DNA of 64,000 nt from Candidatus Bathyarchaeota archaeon (GTDB lineage Archaea; Thermoproteota; Bathyarchaeia; 40CM-2-53-6; RBG-13-38-9). Of the stretch, positions 1-10,356 are shown in pieces. Position 1 is the first letter of the stretch. The number at the start of each line of letters is the position of its first letter. The stretch covers positions 224,001-288,000 of the forward strand of contig CAWECG010000001.1 of NCBI GenBank assembly GCA_963807605.1, given 5' to 3'. A model generated the notes under the pieces. It made no database searches, was not told where the DNA came from, and was given only the letters and a program-made list of their open reading frames with translations. The position numbers and the translations under genes were made by a program.

Positions 1-365
1 GAGTTAAGTTGAGCGCGGAGCTCGCGAAACGAAGCACCGGGAAGACGGCATACATACTGGATGAACCCACCACTGGTCTTCACTACGCTGATGTTGAGAA
101 ATTGCTCAATGTGCTTCAGAGATTAGTTGATGCCGGAAACACTGTGCTAGTCATTGAGCACAACCTGGAGGTTGTGAAGACCGCAGACTACATAATTGAC
201 TTGGGACCTGAAGGCGGTGAAGAAGGGGGGTACGTAATCGCCTCATGCACACCTGAGGAGCTTACAAAGGTCAAGGGCTCCTACACAGGCCAGTACCTGA
301 AGAAGATATTCCAACAGGACGTCATACAAAGTGGCGAGTGGGAGAAGCTCTCGCAATTCGACTAA
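1..365 (+). CDS. uvrA: Excinuclease ABC subunit A, C-terminal part (5' truncated by window)
   Basis: [11 protein letters not shown] Walker B, VIEHNL and [15 protein letters not shown] motifs typical of the UvrA C-terminus. Confidence 0.95.
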   Translation, partial: VKLSAELAKRSTGKTAYILDEPTTGLHYADVEKLLNVLQRLVDAGNTVLVIEHNLEVVKTADYIIDLGPEGGEEGGYVIASCTPEELTKVKGSYTGQYLKKIFQQDVIQSGEWEKLSQFD

Positions 366-489
366 GGAAACTAAGTAGCAAACTCATCCCGGGACAATCT
401 AAGGAGAACTGGACCAGCTTCCGAGAAAAAATTAAACAATTAGGACAGCACTAGTTCTGCAACACAACTTTCCTCAATGGGCGGATATT

Positions 490-1578
490 TTGGTCGAGGA
501 CAGCCTACCTAAAGTGGATATCCCTACAACTCACGTACTAGAGCAAGCGCTTGTGACTTCGAGGAGGCAGGAAGCCATCAACACAGTAAAATCCTGTCTC
601 GGACACGACGGCGTCATTGCGAGCGGCGGCCTCTCCAGGTACAGTCATGAATACTGGACGCGAGATATGTGCTACAGTCACGAAGCCGTCGAAAGTCTCG
701 GATTTGAAAAGTATATTGGACAACACATCAATAGATTGATTGAATTCAGTCGAGAAGGTCAAATCCCGACCCTATTCTTTGGATATCCAAGACGTCTTTC
801 ACCCTCCGCAAAGTTCACCGACGAAATAGACAGCGAATTATTAACACTTGACCTCATGAGGCAAATGAAAAGACTTGAGGGCTTTGACGAAGTCTGGAAG
901 TATGTAGAGTCCAGAACGGACAGCGCCGGATTTGTTTATGGACGTGACTGGCGGGATGGGATGAGGATATACAAAGATAAGGCAACCTTTTACAACCAAG
1001 TTCTTCTATACAAGATCTGCCCGGAAAGGACAAAGAGGAAGATCAGAGACGGAATAAACGATGTCTTCTGGTTACCTAGCAGAGGCTATTACGCTGATTA
1101 TCTGGACAAGAAAGGCAAGAAATCTAGGCGTCTAGACGTACTGGGCCATGCCTTAGCCATACTCTACAATATTATTCCGGAATCAAGAATCGGGCTTGTC
1201 AACCATTCTCTTAAACGTGCCCTGACCAAATATGGATACGTCAACGTAAAGCCTCGTTACCCACGCTCCAGTTGCGGATGGTGGAGACTAATCCCTAACA
1301 ACTTCTACCAGAACGGCGGCATTTGGGGACTCGTCCAAGGACATATGATACTCGCGCTGTTGCATCTAGACTCAATAAATGAAGCAACCGATCAATTCTG
1401 GAAAATGACGCGATGGAAAGGATTCAACGAATGGTACGACCCAGTGACCGGAAAACCAAAGGGAAGCAGAAACCAGCTATGGACTGCGGCACTGTGGCTC
1501 AGATGCTACGATGCTCTATCAGGGAGAGTCGGTTTGAAGTCTTCGGCGAACCCCTCCACTCATAATCCTATCAACTGA
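490..1578 (+). CDS. (alpha/alpha)6 glycoside hydrolase, amylo-alpha-1,6-glucosidase / GH100-like
   Basis: YWTRD, DWRD, YQNGGIW and FNEWYDP..G..GSRNQLWTAA motifs. Confidence 0.7.
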   Translation: MVEDSLPKVDIPTTHVLEQALVTSRRQEAINTVKSCLGHDGVIASGGLSRYSHEYWTRDMCYSHEAVESLGFEKYIGQHINRLIEFSREGQIPTLFFGYPRRLSPSAKFTDEIDSELLTLDLMRQMKRLEGFDEVWKYVESRTDSAGFVYGRDWRDGMRIYKDKATFYNQVLLYKICPERTKRKIRDGINDVFWLPSRGYYADYLDKKGKKSRRLDVLGHALAILYNIIPESRIGLVNHSLKRALTKYGYVNVKPRYPRSSCGWWRLIPNNFYQNGGIWGLVQGHMILALLHLDSINEATDQFWKMTRWKGFNEWYDPVTGKPKGSRNQLWTAALWLRCYDALSGRVGLKSSANPSTHNPIN

Positions 1579-1590
1579 GCTAGCCTGCAG

Positions 1591-2724
1591 GTGGACGGTT
1601 TGAATTTCTACATAACACTGACAACACAATGCAATCTACAGTGTAGATATTGTTACGGGAAATCGTGTCAAGATTTCGGGAGCAACTTTGGAGATCTAGC
1701 AATTGACTATGCTCTCCCAGCATCGACAGACTACGACATCTCTGACCTAGCCAATTTTCTCCGCCGAGACCCCAAACCGACCATTATCTTCTATGGTGGA
1801 GAACCCCTTCTACAAGCTGAAAAAATCAAGGAGATAATGGACAGGATAAATGCGGACAGATATATCATCCAGACCAACGGTCTCCTTCTAGACAGATTGA
1901 ATCCAGCTTACCTCAAGAGGCTAGATACGATTCTCGTCTCGATTGACGGAGACGAGGCCCTTACGGATAGAAACAGAGGAGGAGGCGTCTACAGAAGAGT
2001 AATCAAGAGCCTAAAGTCCATTCAGCAGAATGGTTTCAAGGGTGAGCTTATAGCTAGAATGACAGTGGCCGTCAATACTCAAATTGACCAAGAAGTGTTC
2101 TGGCTTCTCTCAAACAAAGACTTCCCCTTCCCATCTGTTCATTGGCAGCTCGACGCACTATTCTGGCAGAATGATCCTGATAAATCCGACTTCGAGAGCT
2201 GGGCCGAGCAAGTCTACAACCCAGGAGTAAGTAAACTGGTGGAGGTTTGGCTTGAGCAACTGGAGAAGTCAGGTGAGGTTCTTAAGATATACCCTATCGT
2301 CAGCCTCATGAGGTCACTTTTGCTCAGCGAAGAAAGTAAACTTAGGTGTGGGGCAGGCTGGAACACTTTCAACATACAGACTGATGGCAGGATAACCCCT
2401 TGTCCAGTTATGTCTGGGATGAAGGATTTCTATCTTGGAGATATCTGGAAAACGAACCCTCTGGACCTTAAAGACTCCGTCTTTGTTGATAGGCCATGTA
2501 CGGAATGTAAAATCCTCAGTCTCTGTGGGGGGAGATGTCTATATGCCAACGCAACAAAACTGTGGGGTGAAGATGGTTTCAGGCTCGTTTGCAGCACCGT
2601 CTCCAACTTGGTAGATTCGTTGCGCAGAGTTGAACCTAGAGTAAGACGATTACTCCAAGAAGGTGAAGTGGGGATGAAAGATTTCGACTGTGGTAGATAC
2701 AATAGTTGCGAGATTATTCCTTGA
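1591..2724 (+). CDS. Radical SAM/SPASM protein (AF_0577-like archaeal family)
   Basis: CNLQCRYC cluster motif, FYGGEP, SPASM cysteines CGAG...CP...CxxCxxxxxCGGRC, C-terminal SCEIIP. Confidence 0.85.
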   Translation: MDGLNFYITLTTQCNLQCRYCYGKSCQDFGSNFGDLAIDYALPASTDYDISDLANFLRRDPKPTIIFYGGEPLLQAEKIKEIMDRINADRYIIQTNGLLLDRLNPAYLKRLDTILVSIDGDEALTDRNRGGGVYRRVIKSLKSIQQNGFKGELIARMTVAVNTQIDQEVFWLLSNKDFPFPSVHWQLDALFWQNDPDKSDFESWAEQVYNPGVSKLVEVWLEQLEKSGEVLKIYPIVSLMRSLLLSEESKLRCGAGWNTFNIQTDGRITPCPVMSGMKDFYLGDIWKTNPLDLKDSVFVDRPCTECKILSLCGGRCLYANATKLWGEDGFRLVCSTVSNLVDSLRRVEPRVRRLLQEGEVGMKDFDCGRYNSCEIIP

Positions 2725-2744
2725 TTAGCCAATGAGTCTGGTTC

Positions 2745-3899
2745 TTAGATGAAAGCCATGTTCTCTCTTCTGAAAACGTTATCATAGTTCTTGTAACCTA
2801 GGAGCTTCTCTATCTGGTCTGTCTGTTTGCCTTTGATCTTGTTTAGTTCTTCTGAGGAATAGTCTACGACGCCTTTTGCAATTTCCTTCCTATTGTGAAC
2901 TATCGAGACAACGTCACCAGCATTGAAGGTGCCCCTTACTCTTGATATCCCTGAAGGTAGCAAGTTTGCACCCCGGAGAAGCGCCTTCTTTGCCCCTTCA
3001 TCGATCACTACTGTTCCATGGCTTTTTGAGAAGTGTATCCATCGCTCTTTGTTAGTGTAACTAGCTCTCGATGGCTTGAAGTGTGTACCAAGCTCCTCAC
3101 CTGCGAGGATTCTTAGGAGAATGCCTCTTTCCCTAGCGTTTGCTATTACCATGTTACAGTTGGATTTCATTGCTATCTTTGCCGCTTCAATCTTCGTTTT
3201 CATGCCGCCTTTGGTTCTCCACGAGCTTGCTTCACCACCAATTCTTTCTATGTTGCGGGTTATCTCTGTGACTTCAGTGATCAACTCCGCATCCTTGCGC
3301 TTGGGGTTTTTGTCATAAAATCCGTCGACGTCAGTCAGAAGAATAAGTAGCCCAGCATCCACTTTAGCTGCAACTAAAGCTGAGAGCTTATCGTTATCGC
3401 CGAAAGTGGCTTCAATCTCGTGGACTGATATCGGATCATTCTCGTTGATGATCGGGATTACACCATATTTCGTTAGGATTGACATTGAGTTCCGTAAGTT
3501 AAGGTAGGTTCGCCTGTTCGAGAAAGCCTCATATGTCAAGAGTAGCTGGGCTACTTTGACTCCGCATTCTCTGAACACACTTCGCCAAGTTTCTATAAGT
3601 ATGCTCTGGCCGACTGCTGCGGCTCCCTGCCTAGTGGGTATGTCCCTAGGCATGACTGCCATTCCCAGTTCCTTAACTCCTGACCCAATTGCGCCAGAAC
3701 TAACAAGAACCACCTCTCTTCCTTGCGCTAGGAGAGAGCAGACCTGCCTTGCAACACGTTTCATGTACCCTCTGTCAAGAGTTCCATCTGGCTTTGTAAG
3801 GACAGAAGTGCCAATCTTGACAACTACTCTTTTGACATGTTCAAGATTTCTAGTCATACGGTCTGCTCCCAATCTTCTTGAATGTCTCAGGGATTCCAT
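2745..3899 (-). CDS. proB: Glutamate 5-kinase with PUA domain (start may be 3857)
   Basis: VVKIGTS, VSSGAI, PIINEND, FGDNDKLSA, GGMKTK, C-terminal PUA; adjacent to proA. Confidence 0.95.
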   Translation of the reverse strand: MESLRHSRRLGADRMTRNLEHVKRVVVKIGTSVLTKPDGTLDRGYMKRVARQVCSLLAQGREVVLVSSGAIGSGVKELGMAVMPRDIPTRQGAAAVGQSILIETWRSVFRECGVKVAQLLLTYEAFSNRRTYLNLRNSMSILTKYGVIPIINENDPISVHEIEATFGDNDKLSALVAAKVDAGLLILLTDVDGFYDKNPKRKDAELITEVTEITRNIERIGGEASSWRTKGGMKTKIEAAKIAMKSNCNMVIANARERGILLRILAGEELGTHFKPSRASYTNKERWIHFSKSHGTVVIDEGAKKALLRGANLLPSGISRVRGTFNAGDVVSIVHNRKEIAKGVVDYSSEELNKIKGKQTDQIEKLLGYKNYDNVFRRENMAFI

Positions 3900-5191
3900 G
3901 TCTTGTTCAGTTTTCGATGAGTGAAAGATTTGGCATTCTTGCCTACGTAAGATGATACGACCTGACCGCTTCCGGTCACAAGGTACTTGTAGATTACAAG
4001 ACCTTCAAGGCCTACAGGTCCTCTTGCGTGAATCTTCTCGGTGCTGATTCCCACTTCAGCTCCAAAGCCGAATCTATAGCCGTCGCTGAATCTAGTGGAG
4101 GCATTGTGTAGAACGACCGCTGAGTCGACCTCGCTCAGAAATCTTCTCGCATTCTCTTTGTTCTGTGTTATTATCCCGTCTGTGTGGTGTGAGCCGTAAC
4201 GGTTTATGTGGTCTATTGCGCCCTGAAGTGAGTCTATAACTTTTATGGAGACGATGAGGTCAAGGTATTCAGTGCTCCAGTCTTCCTCAGTGGCCTCTTT
4301 AATACTTGGCAGGATCTTTCTGGTCTTGGCATCTCCTCTTAACTCTACGTTGGCTTTTTCGTATCTTTCCGCCATCTTCAGAAGGAATCTCTCAGCTATG
4401 TCTCTGTGAACTAGGAGAGTCTCCATCGCGTTGCATACTGCAGGGTACTGAACTTTTGCATCATAACAGATCTCGATGGCCATAGGTTGGTCTGCATCTG
4501 AATCTACGTACTCGTGGCAGATACCTTCTGCATGACCCAGAACAGGAATCTTGGTGTTCTCTCTGATGTATTTGACAAGTGATCCTGAGCCTCTGGGAAT
4601 AAGCAGACTAATGTACTCATCCAGCTTCAGAAGCTTTGAAACATCCTCTCTGGTCTCGACAAGCTGAACTGAGTATTCTGGGATCTCATCAAATCGTTTG
4701 ATTGCCCTTCTTATCAGTTCTGCAAGGAATTGGTTGGTTCTCGCAGCTTCTGTACCACCTTTGAGTATGATGGCGTTGCCTGATTTGAGGCATAGTGTTG
4801 CTATCTGGACAAGTGCGTCTGGTCTAGCTTCAAAGATGGCGGCTATGACGCCTATCGGACAGGTTACCTTGTAGAGTTCAAGTCCGCGATCCATCTCCGT
4901 GGCGAGCAAAGTCTTTCCGACAGGGTCCTCAAGTTGAGCTAGTGACCTCAACCCCTTGGTAAGATCAGTGATCTTTGGTCCGTCAAGTCTTAGTCGCTTA
5001 ACTAGAGATGCGGAGACACCCGCATTCGCGGCTTCCTCAACATCTCCCGCATTTACCTCTTGAAGCCGCGTTCTTTCTCTCTCTATCTCCTCAGCGATGG
5101 CTAGGATGGCGCCATTCTTTATCTCAGTGCTGAGGTTACTCATCTTCAAGGCTGCAGCTTGCGCACGCTTTGCAACCTCGAGCATATCCAA
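3887..5191 (-). CDS. proA: Gamma-glutamyl phosphate reductase
   Basis: IFEARP, LKGGTEA, CNAMETLL, NASTRFSDG, HARGPVGL. Confidence 0.96.
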   Translation of the reverse strand: MDMLEVAKRAQAAALKMSNLSTEIKNGAILAIAEEIERERTRLQEVNAGDVEEAANAGVSASLVKRLRLDGPKITDLTKGLRSLAQLEDPVGKTLLATEMDRGLELYKVTCPIGVIAAIFEARPDALVQIATLCLKSGNAIILKGGTEAARTNQFLAELIRRAIKRFDEIPEYSVQLVETREDVSKLLKLDEYISLLIPRGSGSLVKYIRENTKIPVLGHAEGICHEYVDSDADQPMAIEICYDAKVQYPAVCNAMETLLVHRDIAERFLLKMAERYEKANVELRGDAKTRKILPSIKEATEEDWSTEYLDLIVSIKVIDSLQGAIDHINRYGSHHTDGIITQNKENARRFLSEVDSAVVLHNASTRFSDGYRFGFGAEVGISTEKIHARGPVGLEGLVIYKYLVTGSGQVVSSYVGKNAKSFTHRKLNKTWNP

Positions 5192-5472
5192 AATTAATTC
5201 TCCTGTAAATATGCCTGATGATTAGTGACAGCAGGCTCAACGGTTTAAAATTGTCGATCTAATCGGAGGAGCTGCACGCCCCCAAATAAGACGTCTACCC
5301 GGGTTAGTACGTTTATATCGCGTGGCGCTCTACGGCAGGGAACCCTATGCCTGATTGCAGTAGTGCAAGACCGTAATGAATGCGGTAATCTTCGCAATCT
5401 TCCACTCATCATTAACCTTGCTCATGAGGCTCAACCGTTGCGGAATTGAGGTCCACACCGAAACTGGCTAGC

Positions 5473-6825
5473 TCATTTTGGCAAATTTGGCTGCTTAATC
5501 GGAAGTTCTACTGTAGTGTATCTTGCTAGGAACTTTGCAAAAAGCTCTGGGTGCTCTGTATGTATTGGGTGAATCTTTTTGGGTTGAATCAGTGAAACAA
5601 CCTCCTTCAATTCATTTGGCATTATGTGTCCTGAACAGTGAATCTGGTACAAGGGTAGCCCAAAATGGTCTAGCCAATTCAGGAGTTTGGTGAATTCTAT
5701 CTCGCCTTCCTCGTTGAATGGTTCGGATGCTGAGTGAATGAAGTTGCTTCCGGGTTGAGGCCTTATCTCGATGAGTTCCTTCAGATCGAAGAGGCCGCAG
5801 ACCATAATGACGCTATCTTGCATGTCTTTGATCTGATCAGAGTCCTTGACATTCAGGTGCGATTGAATCTCTTCCTCCCACTTGTAATATCTCTTCTTGC
5901 GCTTCTGAAAGATCAGAAGATTCTCGTCGTCTATCTCTGGAAGGTTCAATCCTTCATCGTGCCTTAGCTTGTCAAATATGTAAGCCTGCCTCATAGAGAT
6001 GGTAAGTCTTCTATCATTCTCTTTCGCGACTTCATAGAAAGTTCTAAACCTATCGATGTCGGCGTATGAAAAGTCCGCCAGAACCAGTTGATCAGTTCCT
6101 TTGACGACTTTGTCAACTTTTGACTTTACTTCGTCTTCGCTGGACACGTCGGCGCCGCTGATGTTTGTTCCTTCACAAATCATGGCTACAGGTTTCGCCT
6201 GTTTAGCCTCGGAGATAAAGTCATAAGTCATCTTGGCTTTGACGCCGTGCATCCTGAAGTCTCCGGTGTAGACGACTGCTCCTTCAGATGTGTGAATTAT
6301 GAATCCGTAAGCGGCTGGGACTGAATGATCAACATGGATGGGTTCAACCTCTAACCCTCCGATCTTTATCTTGTCACCTGTTCTGAAAGCATTAATCCTG
6401 AGTCCTCCAATGTCGGACTCGAAAGTTCTGATTCGTATCTCGCTCAGACTCTTGAGCAGCGTCGCCGTAACCTCTCCGCAATAGACGGGTATCTCTCTAT
6501 TCAAGAAGGAGATGCAGGACGCATGGTCACTGTGAGAATGGGACAGGATTACGGCGTCCACTGCCGGTTGAGACTCATCAAAACAATATAGGCCCTCCAC
6601 GTCGGGCAGGATGCCGAACTCGAGCAGCCCTTTCTCGTCTCTTGGTGAGAGATAGGGCTCATGATAGAACTTTCTCCTCTCCGAAAAGCTCATTCCGAAA
6701 TCAAGAAGTATCCTAGTGTCCAAGTCCTCCAGCAGAATCTTATTTCCGCCTATTTCGTTTACTCCGCCATAGTATTTGAGTCTCAATAATACTACTTCCG
6801 CGCTGAAGATACTCGGCCCTTTCAT
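5473..6825 (-). CDS. Metallo-beta-lactamase/beta-CASP nuclease, archaeal RNase J-like
   Basis: GGVNEIGGN, LDFG, HSHSDH, DHS, YTGDFRMHG, HCSGH, PIHTE. Confidence 0.85.
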   Translation of the reverse strand: MKGPSIFSAEVVLLRLKYYGGVNEIGGNKILLEDLDTRILLDFGMSFSERRKFYHEPYLSPRDEKGLLEFGILPDVEGLYCFDESQPAVDAVILSHSHSDHASCISFLNREIPVYCGEVTATLLKSLSEIRIRTFESDIGGLRINAFRTGDKIKIGGLEVEPIHVDHSVPAAYGFIIHTSEGAVVYTGDFRMHGVKAKMTYDFISEAKQAKPVAMICEGTNISGADVSSEDEVKSKVDKVVKGTDQLVLADFSYADIDRFRTFYEVAKENDRRLTISMRQAYIFDKLRHDEGLNLPEIDDENLLIFQKRKKRYYKWEEEIQSHLNVKDSDQIKDMQDSVIMVCGLFDLKELIEIRPQPGSNFIHSASEPFNEEGEIEFTKLLNWLDHFGLPLYQIHCSGHIMPNELKEVVSLIQPKKIHPIHTEHPELFAKFLARYTTVELPIKQPNLPK

Positions 6826-6845
6826 TTCTTATTGCAGGAAGTTAC

Positions 6846-8190
6846 GTGAACTTACCCACCCCTAAAGGGTGTGGGCTTCTCCCCTTGCGGATAGAGAAGT
6901 TCCTGCTTCAGCGACGAAGCATGCCCACCAATAATGGTGGGTAGCGGCTTCATCTCCACAGGCGTGTATTCGGATGGTTCCCACCCTATTCTTTCGAGTC
7001 CTAAACGCCTTATATTTAGTGATGCATTGAAGTCTCTATCAATCTTTAGCTCACAATGGGGACACTTGTGTATCCTCACTGCAAGAGTCTTAGGAACCTT
7101 AGCGCCACATCCACTGCAATCTTGGCTGGTGTTCTGGGGTGGTACTTGGATTCGTAGTTTACAGGCGGTTTCAGCCTTGTACCCTACCATCGACCCAAAT
7201 CTTCCCCATGAAGCATCAGCCATATTCTTGGCATTAGGGATCCCCTGCATCAAATCCTGAATATTCAGATCTTCCATGCAGATTACATCGTGTTTGTCAA
7301 CGTAGTATCTTGAGAGTTTGTGTAAGAAGTCATTTCTGCAATTTGTTATGTTCTCATGGATTGATGCAACCTTGACCTTCTGTTTCATCCTGTTTCTTGA
7401 TTCCTTCTTCTTTCTTGATAGCCGCCTCTGCTCTTTTTGGAGTCTCTTCAGTTTTTTGTCGATGTTATGCGGATGAGGGGTCACTCTTCCATTAGAATCG
7501 TAGGCATAGTTTATTATGCCAACATCTATCCCAACAGTTTTGCTTCTGTCCGCTGGCTCAGTATTTATCGGATGGTCGTACTCATAGGAGGTTATTGCAT
7601 ACCAATTGTTGTTTGCAGAATGTTTGATGGTAACCTGTTTGATCTCACTATCAATCTCTCTATGCAGCCGTATTGGGATGTCTCCTATCTTGCTGAGGTG
7701 GAGTAATCCCATCTGTCGTATCTGCTTGGCACCATGCTTGATTGAGAATCCAGATTGGTTGTAGATGAAGGCCTTGAACCATCCACGTCCCTTGAATCTT
7801 AGCCTCCCAACCTTCCTGCCTCTCTTCTTCATCTGTGAGAGTGCCCTGAGATTGGAGTACAGTTGGTAGAGGACGTATTGTCGTGTCTTTGAGTGTAGCT
7901 TCTCAAGCTCAGGCTTGTATCTGCATAGGGCAGGGATCATCTCTTGTAGAAGTTTCCTGTTTGGCACCTTTACACTGCACCTAACTATTCCCAAGAAGTA
8001 GTTGTAGAGCCACCGACAAAGCTCAAGGTATGCAGACATCTCCTCCTCTTGTTCCCTTGTTGGGTAAAGCCTACAGCGCACTGAAGACTGCATTGTACTC
8101 ACCATATTTTTTGTAAACTCCACTTATAATGCTGATATCAGTTCGCTTTCATCCCAACCCTAAAGGGGGTGGGATTTCCCGCTCACCTTT
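6846..8190 (-). mobile_element. IS200/IS605-family (IS1341-type, tnpB only) element
   Basis: Related subterminal hairpins at about 6855-6875 and 8151-8175 (CCCA..CCCTAAAGGG..TGGG); minus-strand right end reads GGGTAAGTTCAC ending at 6846; no tnpA; left boundary approximate. Confidence 0.85.
6852..8123 (-). CDS. tnpB: RNA-guided endonuclease TnpB
   Basis: RLYPT HTH, RuvC GIDVGI / EDLNI / DRDFNASLNI, zinc finger CSGC..CPHC. Confidence 0.95.
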   Translation of the reverse strand: MEFTKNMVSTMQSSVRCRLYPTREQEEEMSAYLELCRWLYNYFLGIVRCSVKVPNRKLLQEMIPALCRYKPELEKLHSKTRQYVLYQLYSNLRALSQMKKRGRKVGRLRFKGRGWFKAFIYNQSGFSIKHGAKQIRQMGLLHLSKIGDIPIRLHREIDSEIKQVTIKHSANNNWYAITSYEYDHPINTEPADRSKTVGIDVGIINYAYDSNGRVTPHPHNIDKKLKRLQKEQRRLSRKKKESRNRMKQKVKVASIHENITNCRNDFLHKLSRYYVDKHDVICMEDLNIQDLMQGIPNAKNMADASWGRFGSMVGYKAETACKLRIQVPPQNTSQDCSGCGAKVPKTLAVRIHKCPHCELKIDRDFNASLNIRRLGLERIGWEPSEYTPVEMKPLPTIIGGHASSLKQELLYPQGEKPTPFRGG

Positions 8191-8264
8191 TTTAAGAAGA
8201 AGGGAGAAAGAACGATGGAATAAGAGCGTCCTTCTAAGATTCTCAAAGGTAAGGAGAGGTAGAA

Positions 8265-9419
8265 CTATTCTTTTCCTGTTCTATCTATAAGGAGTGTGCA
8301 GGCTCCATTCTCAGACTGTACCGTGATCCTAACTAGGTTGGAAGAGTCATTGTAAGATTGGCCTACCCTGAAAGTTGCATTTTCTAAACCCGGTGCCGCT
8401 GGATCCGCGTTGACTATTTTAACCATGCCCGATTGCGGTGGGAGCTTTTCATTAACTTCAGTTATGAGAACACCGTGACTTGGAAGATACTGATCAAAAC
8501 CCAATTGTTGTCTAACCTCAATAAGGTAGTACTTGCCCGAAGTCAACGGAAGAATTGCAACCTGGACTTGGTTGGAAGTCACCTCAAGGGGGCTGAGGGT
8601 GATCTTTACTATGGATCCGGCGTCGATCGTTTTTGTCTTGACTGGCCACCCTAAGTAGAGTCTGCTCCAGGCACTCAGTTGTGCTGGGCTGGATCCGCCG
8701 GGAGGTTTGCCATTGAAGAAACCACGATCCATCAGATCCCAGTATTCCAGATAGTCGTTTTTGGGTCCGTAGGCTGGGTATAGGTCTGGAAGGCCAAGGC
8801 TGTGCATGAATTCGTGGGCAAAGACACCTAGGGGATCTTTGCCCGCCGCCTCTTCCTCAGGGACGACCATGGTGTTCTTCAGTGCGAGTCCATCTGCATA
8901 GACGGGCGGGTTGCATGTAATATAGTCAGACCAGATATCACTTACAACCCCGCTAGTCTCTTCGCCTTCTCCAGCGTGAACTATCGCTATGTGTTTGTAG
9001 AGGTTGAAGTTGACTAGATGCTCGACTGCGTGGGCGGAATCCATGAATAATTGCCGAATTTCAGAATCTCTGCCTAGCATGAAGTCATAGCCGTAGTAGG
9101 TGATGTCGTGTGGAAGTTCTACCCAATCAGTAGTATTCCCAGTAAGCCACGTGGCATTGTAGGAGACTTCTGTCAGGTATCTGTTAAGGTCTCCGAATAT
9201 GCTTTTCCCGATTTCCTGCATTGTCTTATGATGCTTGACATCTTTGAATTCTGCAAGTATGACTATAGTGGATTGAGCACCGTAAGCGCCGTTATTCTCA
9301 GAGGTTGATGTAGTTGAGGCCTGAACGTAGAGAATAGCGAAAGAATGCTGCGTAACGACTATACATAACAGAATCCCAATTGCTAAGATACGATAGAGAG
9401 AGACTCCTCTGACTTCCAT
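8265..9419 (-). CDS. Secreted M6 (immune inhibitor A-like) metalloprotease
   Basis: Signal peptide, IVHAGEGEE, HEFMHSLGLPDLY, WDLM, YYLIEVRQ..GFD. Confidence 0.9.
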   Translation of the reverse strand: MEVRGVSLYRILAIGILLCIVVTQHSFAILYVQASTTSTSENNGAYGAQSTIVILAEFKDVKHHKTMQEIGKSIFGDLNRYLTEVSYNATWLTGNTTDWVELPHDITYYGYDFMLGRDSEIRQLFMDSAHAVEHLVNFNLYKHIAIVHAGEGEETSGVVSDIWSDYITCNPPVYADGLALKNTMVVPEEEAAGKDPLGVFAHEFMHSLGLPDLYPAYGPKNDYLEYWDLMDRGFFNGKPPGGSSPAQLSAWSRLYLGWPVKTKTIDAGSIVKITLSPLEVTSNQVQVAILPLTSGKYYLIEVRQQLGFDQYLPSHGVLITEVNEKLPPQSGMVKIVNADPAAPGLENATFRVGQSYNDSSNLVRITVQSENGACTLLIDRTGKE

Positions 9420-9634
9420 AGAGTTGCCTTCGATCTGAAGAGGCTTGTATCTCTGATCGGATTTTCGAAAGGGCGACTAAGTGTTTTTCGTATAGCCTAT
9501 TGATGTCTATGATACAGATTCATGAACTTTGGTTCACTCGCGGTTTCTGGGCAACTTATGTTCCTCTGAACTGCTGCGATGTGGCGGTTTGAGGCTGAAA
9601 AGTCGACTGCTAACCGCGCGAGTCTCTTGCAATA

Positions 9635-9895
9635 TCATATTTTCTGTGTTATTTTTGTGAACTGGCTTGGTGACCGTATCCTGTCGAGGTGGTCGTGCTT
9701 GATCGCTGATGAGGTGGTTGCGAGTAACACCAGCAGACAGAGAAGCACATGTGACAAGACGTTTCTTAGGCCGCGTGTTCGAAGCTGAGACAATCCGAAA
9801 TGTGTCTTGAGCCTTGAGAATGTTCTCTCCACCGAGGATCGACGTTTATACAGTTGTTTCAGACGGGTAGGGCCGTGAGAGCGGAAGCGTGCGCT
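9635..9895 (-). pseudogene. C-terminal remnant of an IS4/IS5-type DDE transposase
   Basis: Extended frame reads LKQLYKRRSSVERTFSRLK (YxxRxxxE signature); N-terminal part missing. Confidence 0.75.
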
Positions 9896-9902
9896 TCCAA
9901 CG

Positions 9903-9954
9903 CTGTAAAATTACGCATCTAGAACTGTAAAATTACGCGGGTAATACTGCAAAA
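9903..9954. repeat. Direct repeats with 22-bp period
   Basis: CTGTAAAATTACGC at 9903 and 9925, degenerate CTGCAAAA at 9947; related TGTAAAATTGCGC at 10241. Confidence 0.8.
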
Positions 9955-10356
9955 CGTTTTATTTCTGCTGGTGTTGCATTTCGTGGAACTATTGTAAGAC
10001 CATTCTGTGAAGCCGACGTAGTCCAGTTTGGACATTACGCCTTCACACAGTACAAAGGCTGCCATGGCCCTAATAGCGTTTTCTCGATGTTGCCCATGAT
10101 GTTATCCCCGATAGAAGCGGAACAAACAGGAACTTACTTCCATTCTAAAAAAATTTTTTTTGTGTGTAAAGTTCGTGTTTTTTCCTGTCTTTTCCTGTCT
10201 TTTCCGGTAAATTCGTGTAGCGCGCGCTCATGTGAAATCATGTAAAATTGCGCGTGCGCTCCTAACCTACGTATGATTCATTGTCCCGTATTACCAGTGA
10301 TTAGCTGAGGGAAGTAGCATGGCACGCGGGTGTGGGGAGATAAGCGTGTGCGTTTC

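Noticed and set aside
5345-5460. Short minus-strand frame with NTF2-like KVNDEWKI
   Set aside because: Too short, with no other supporting motif
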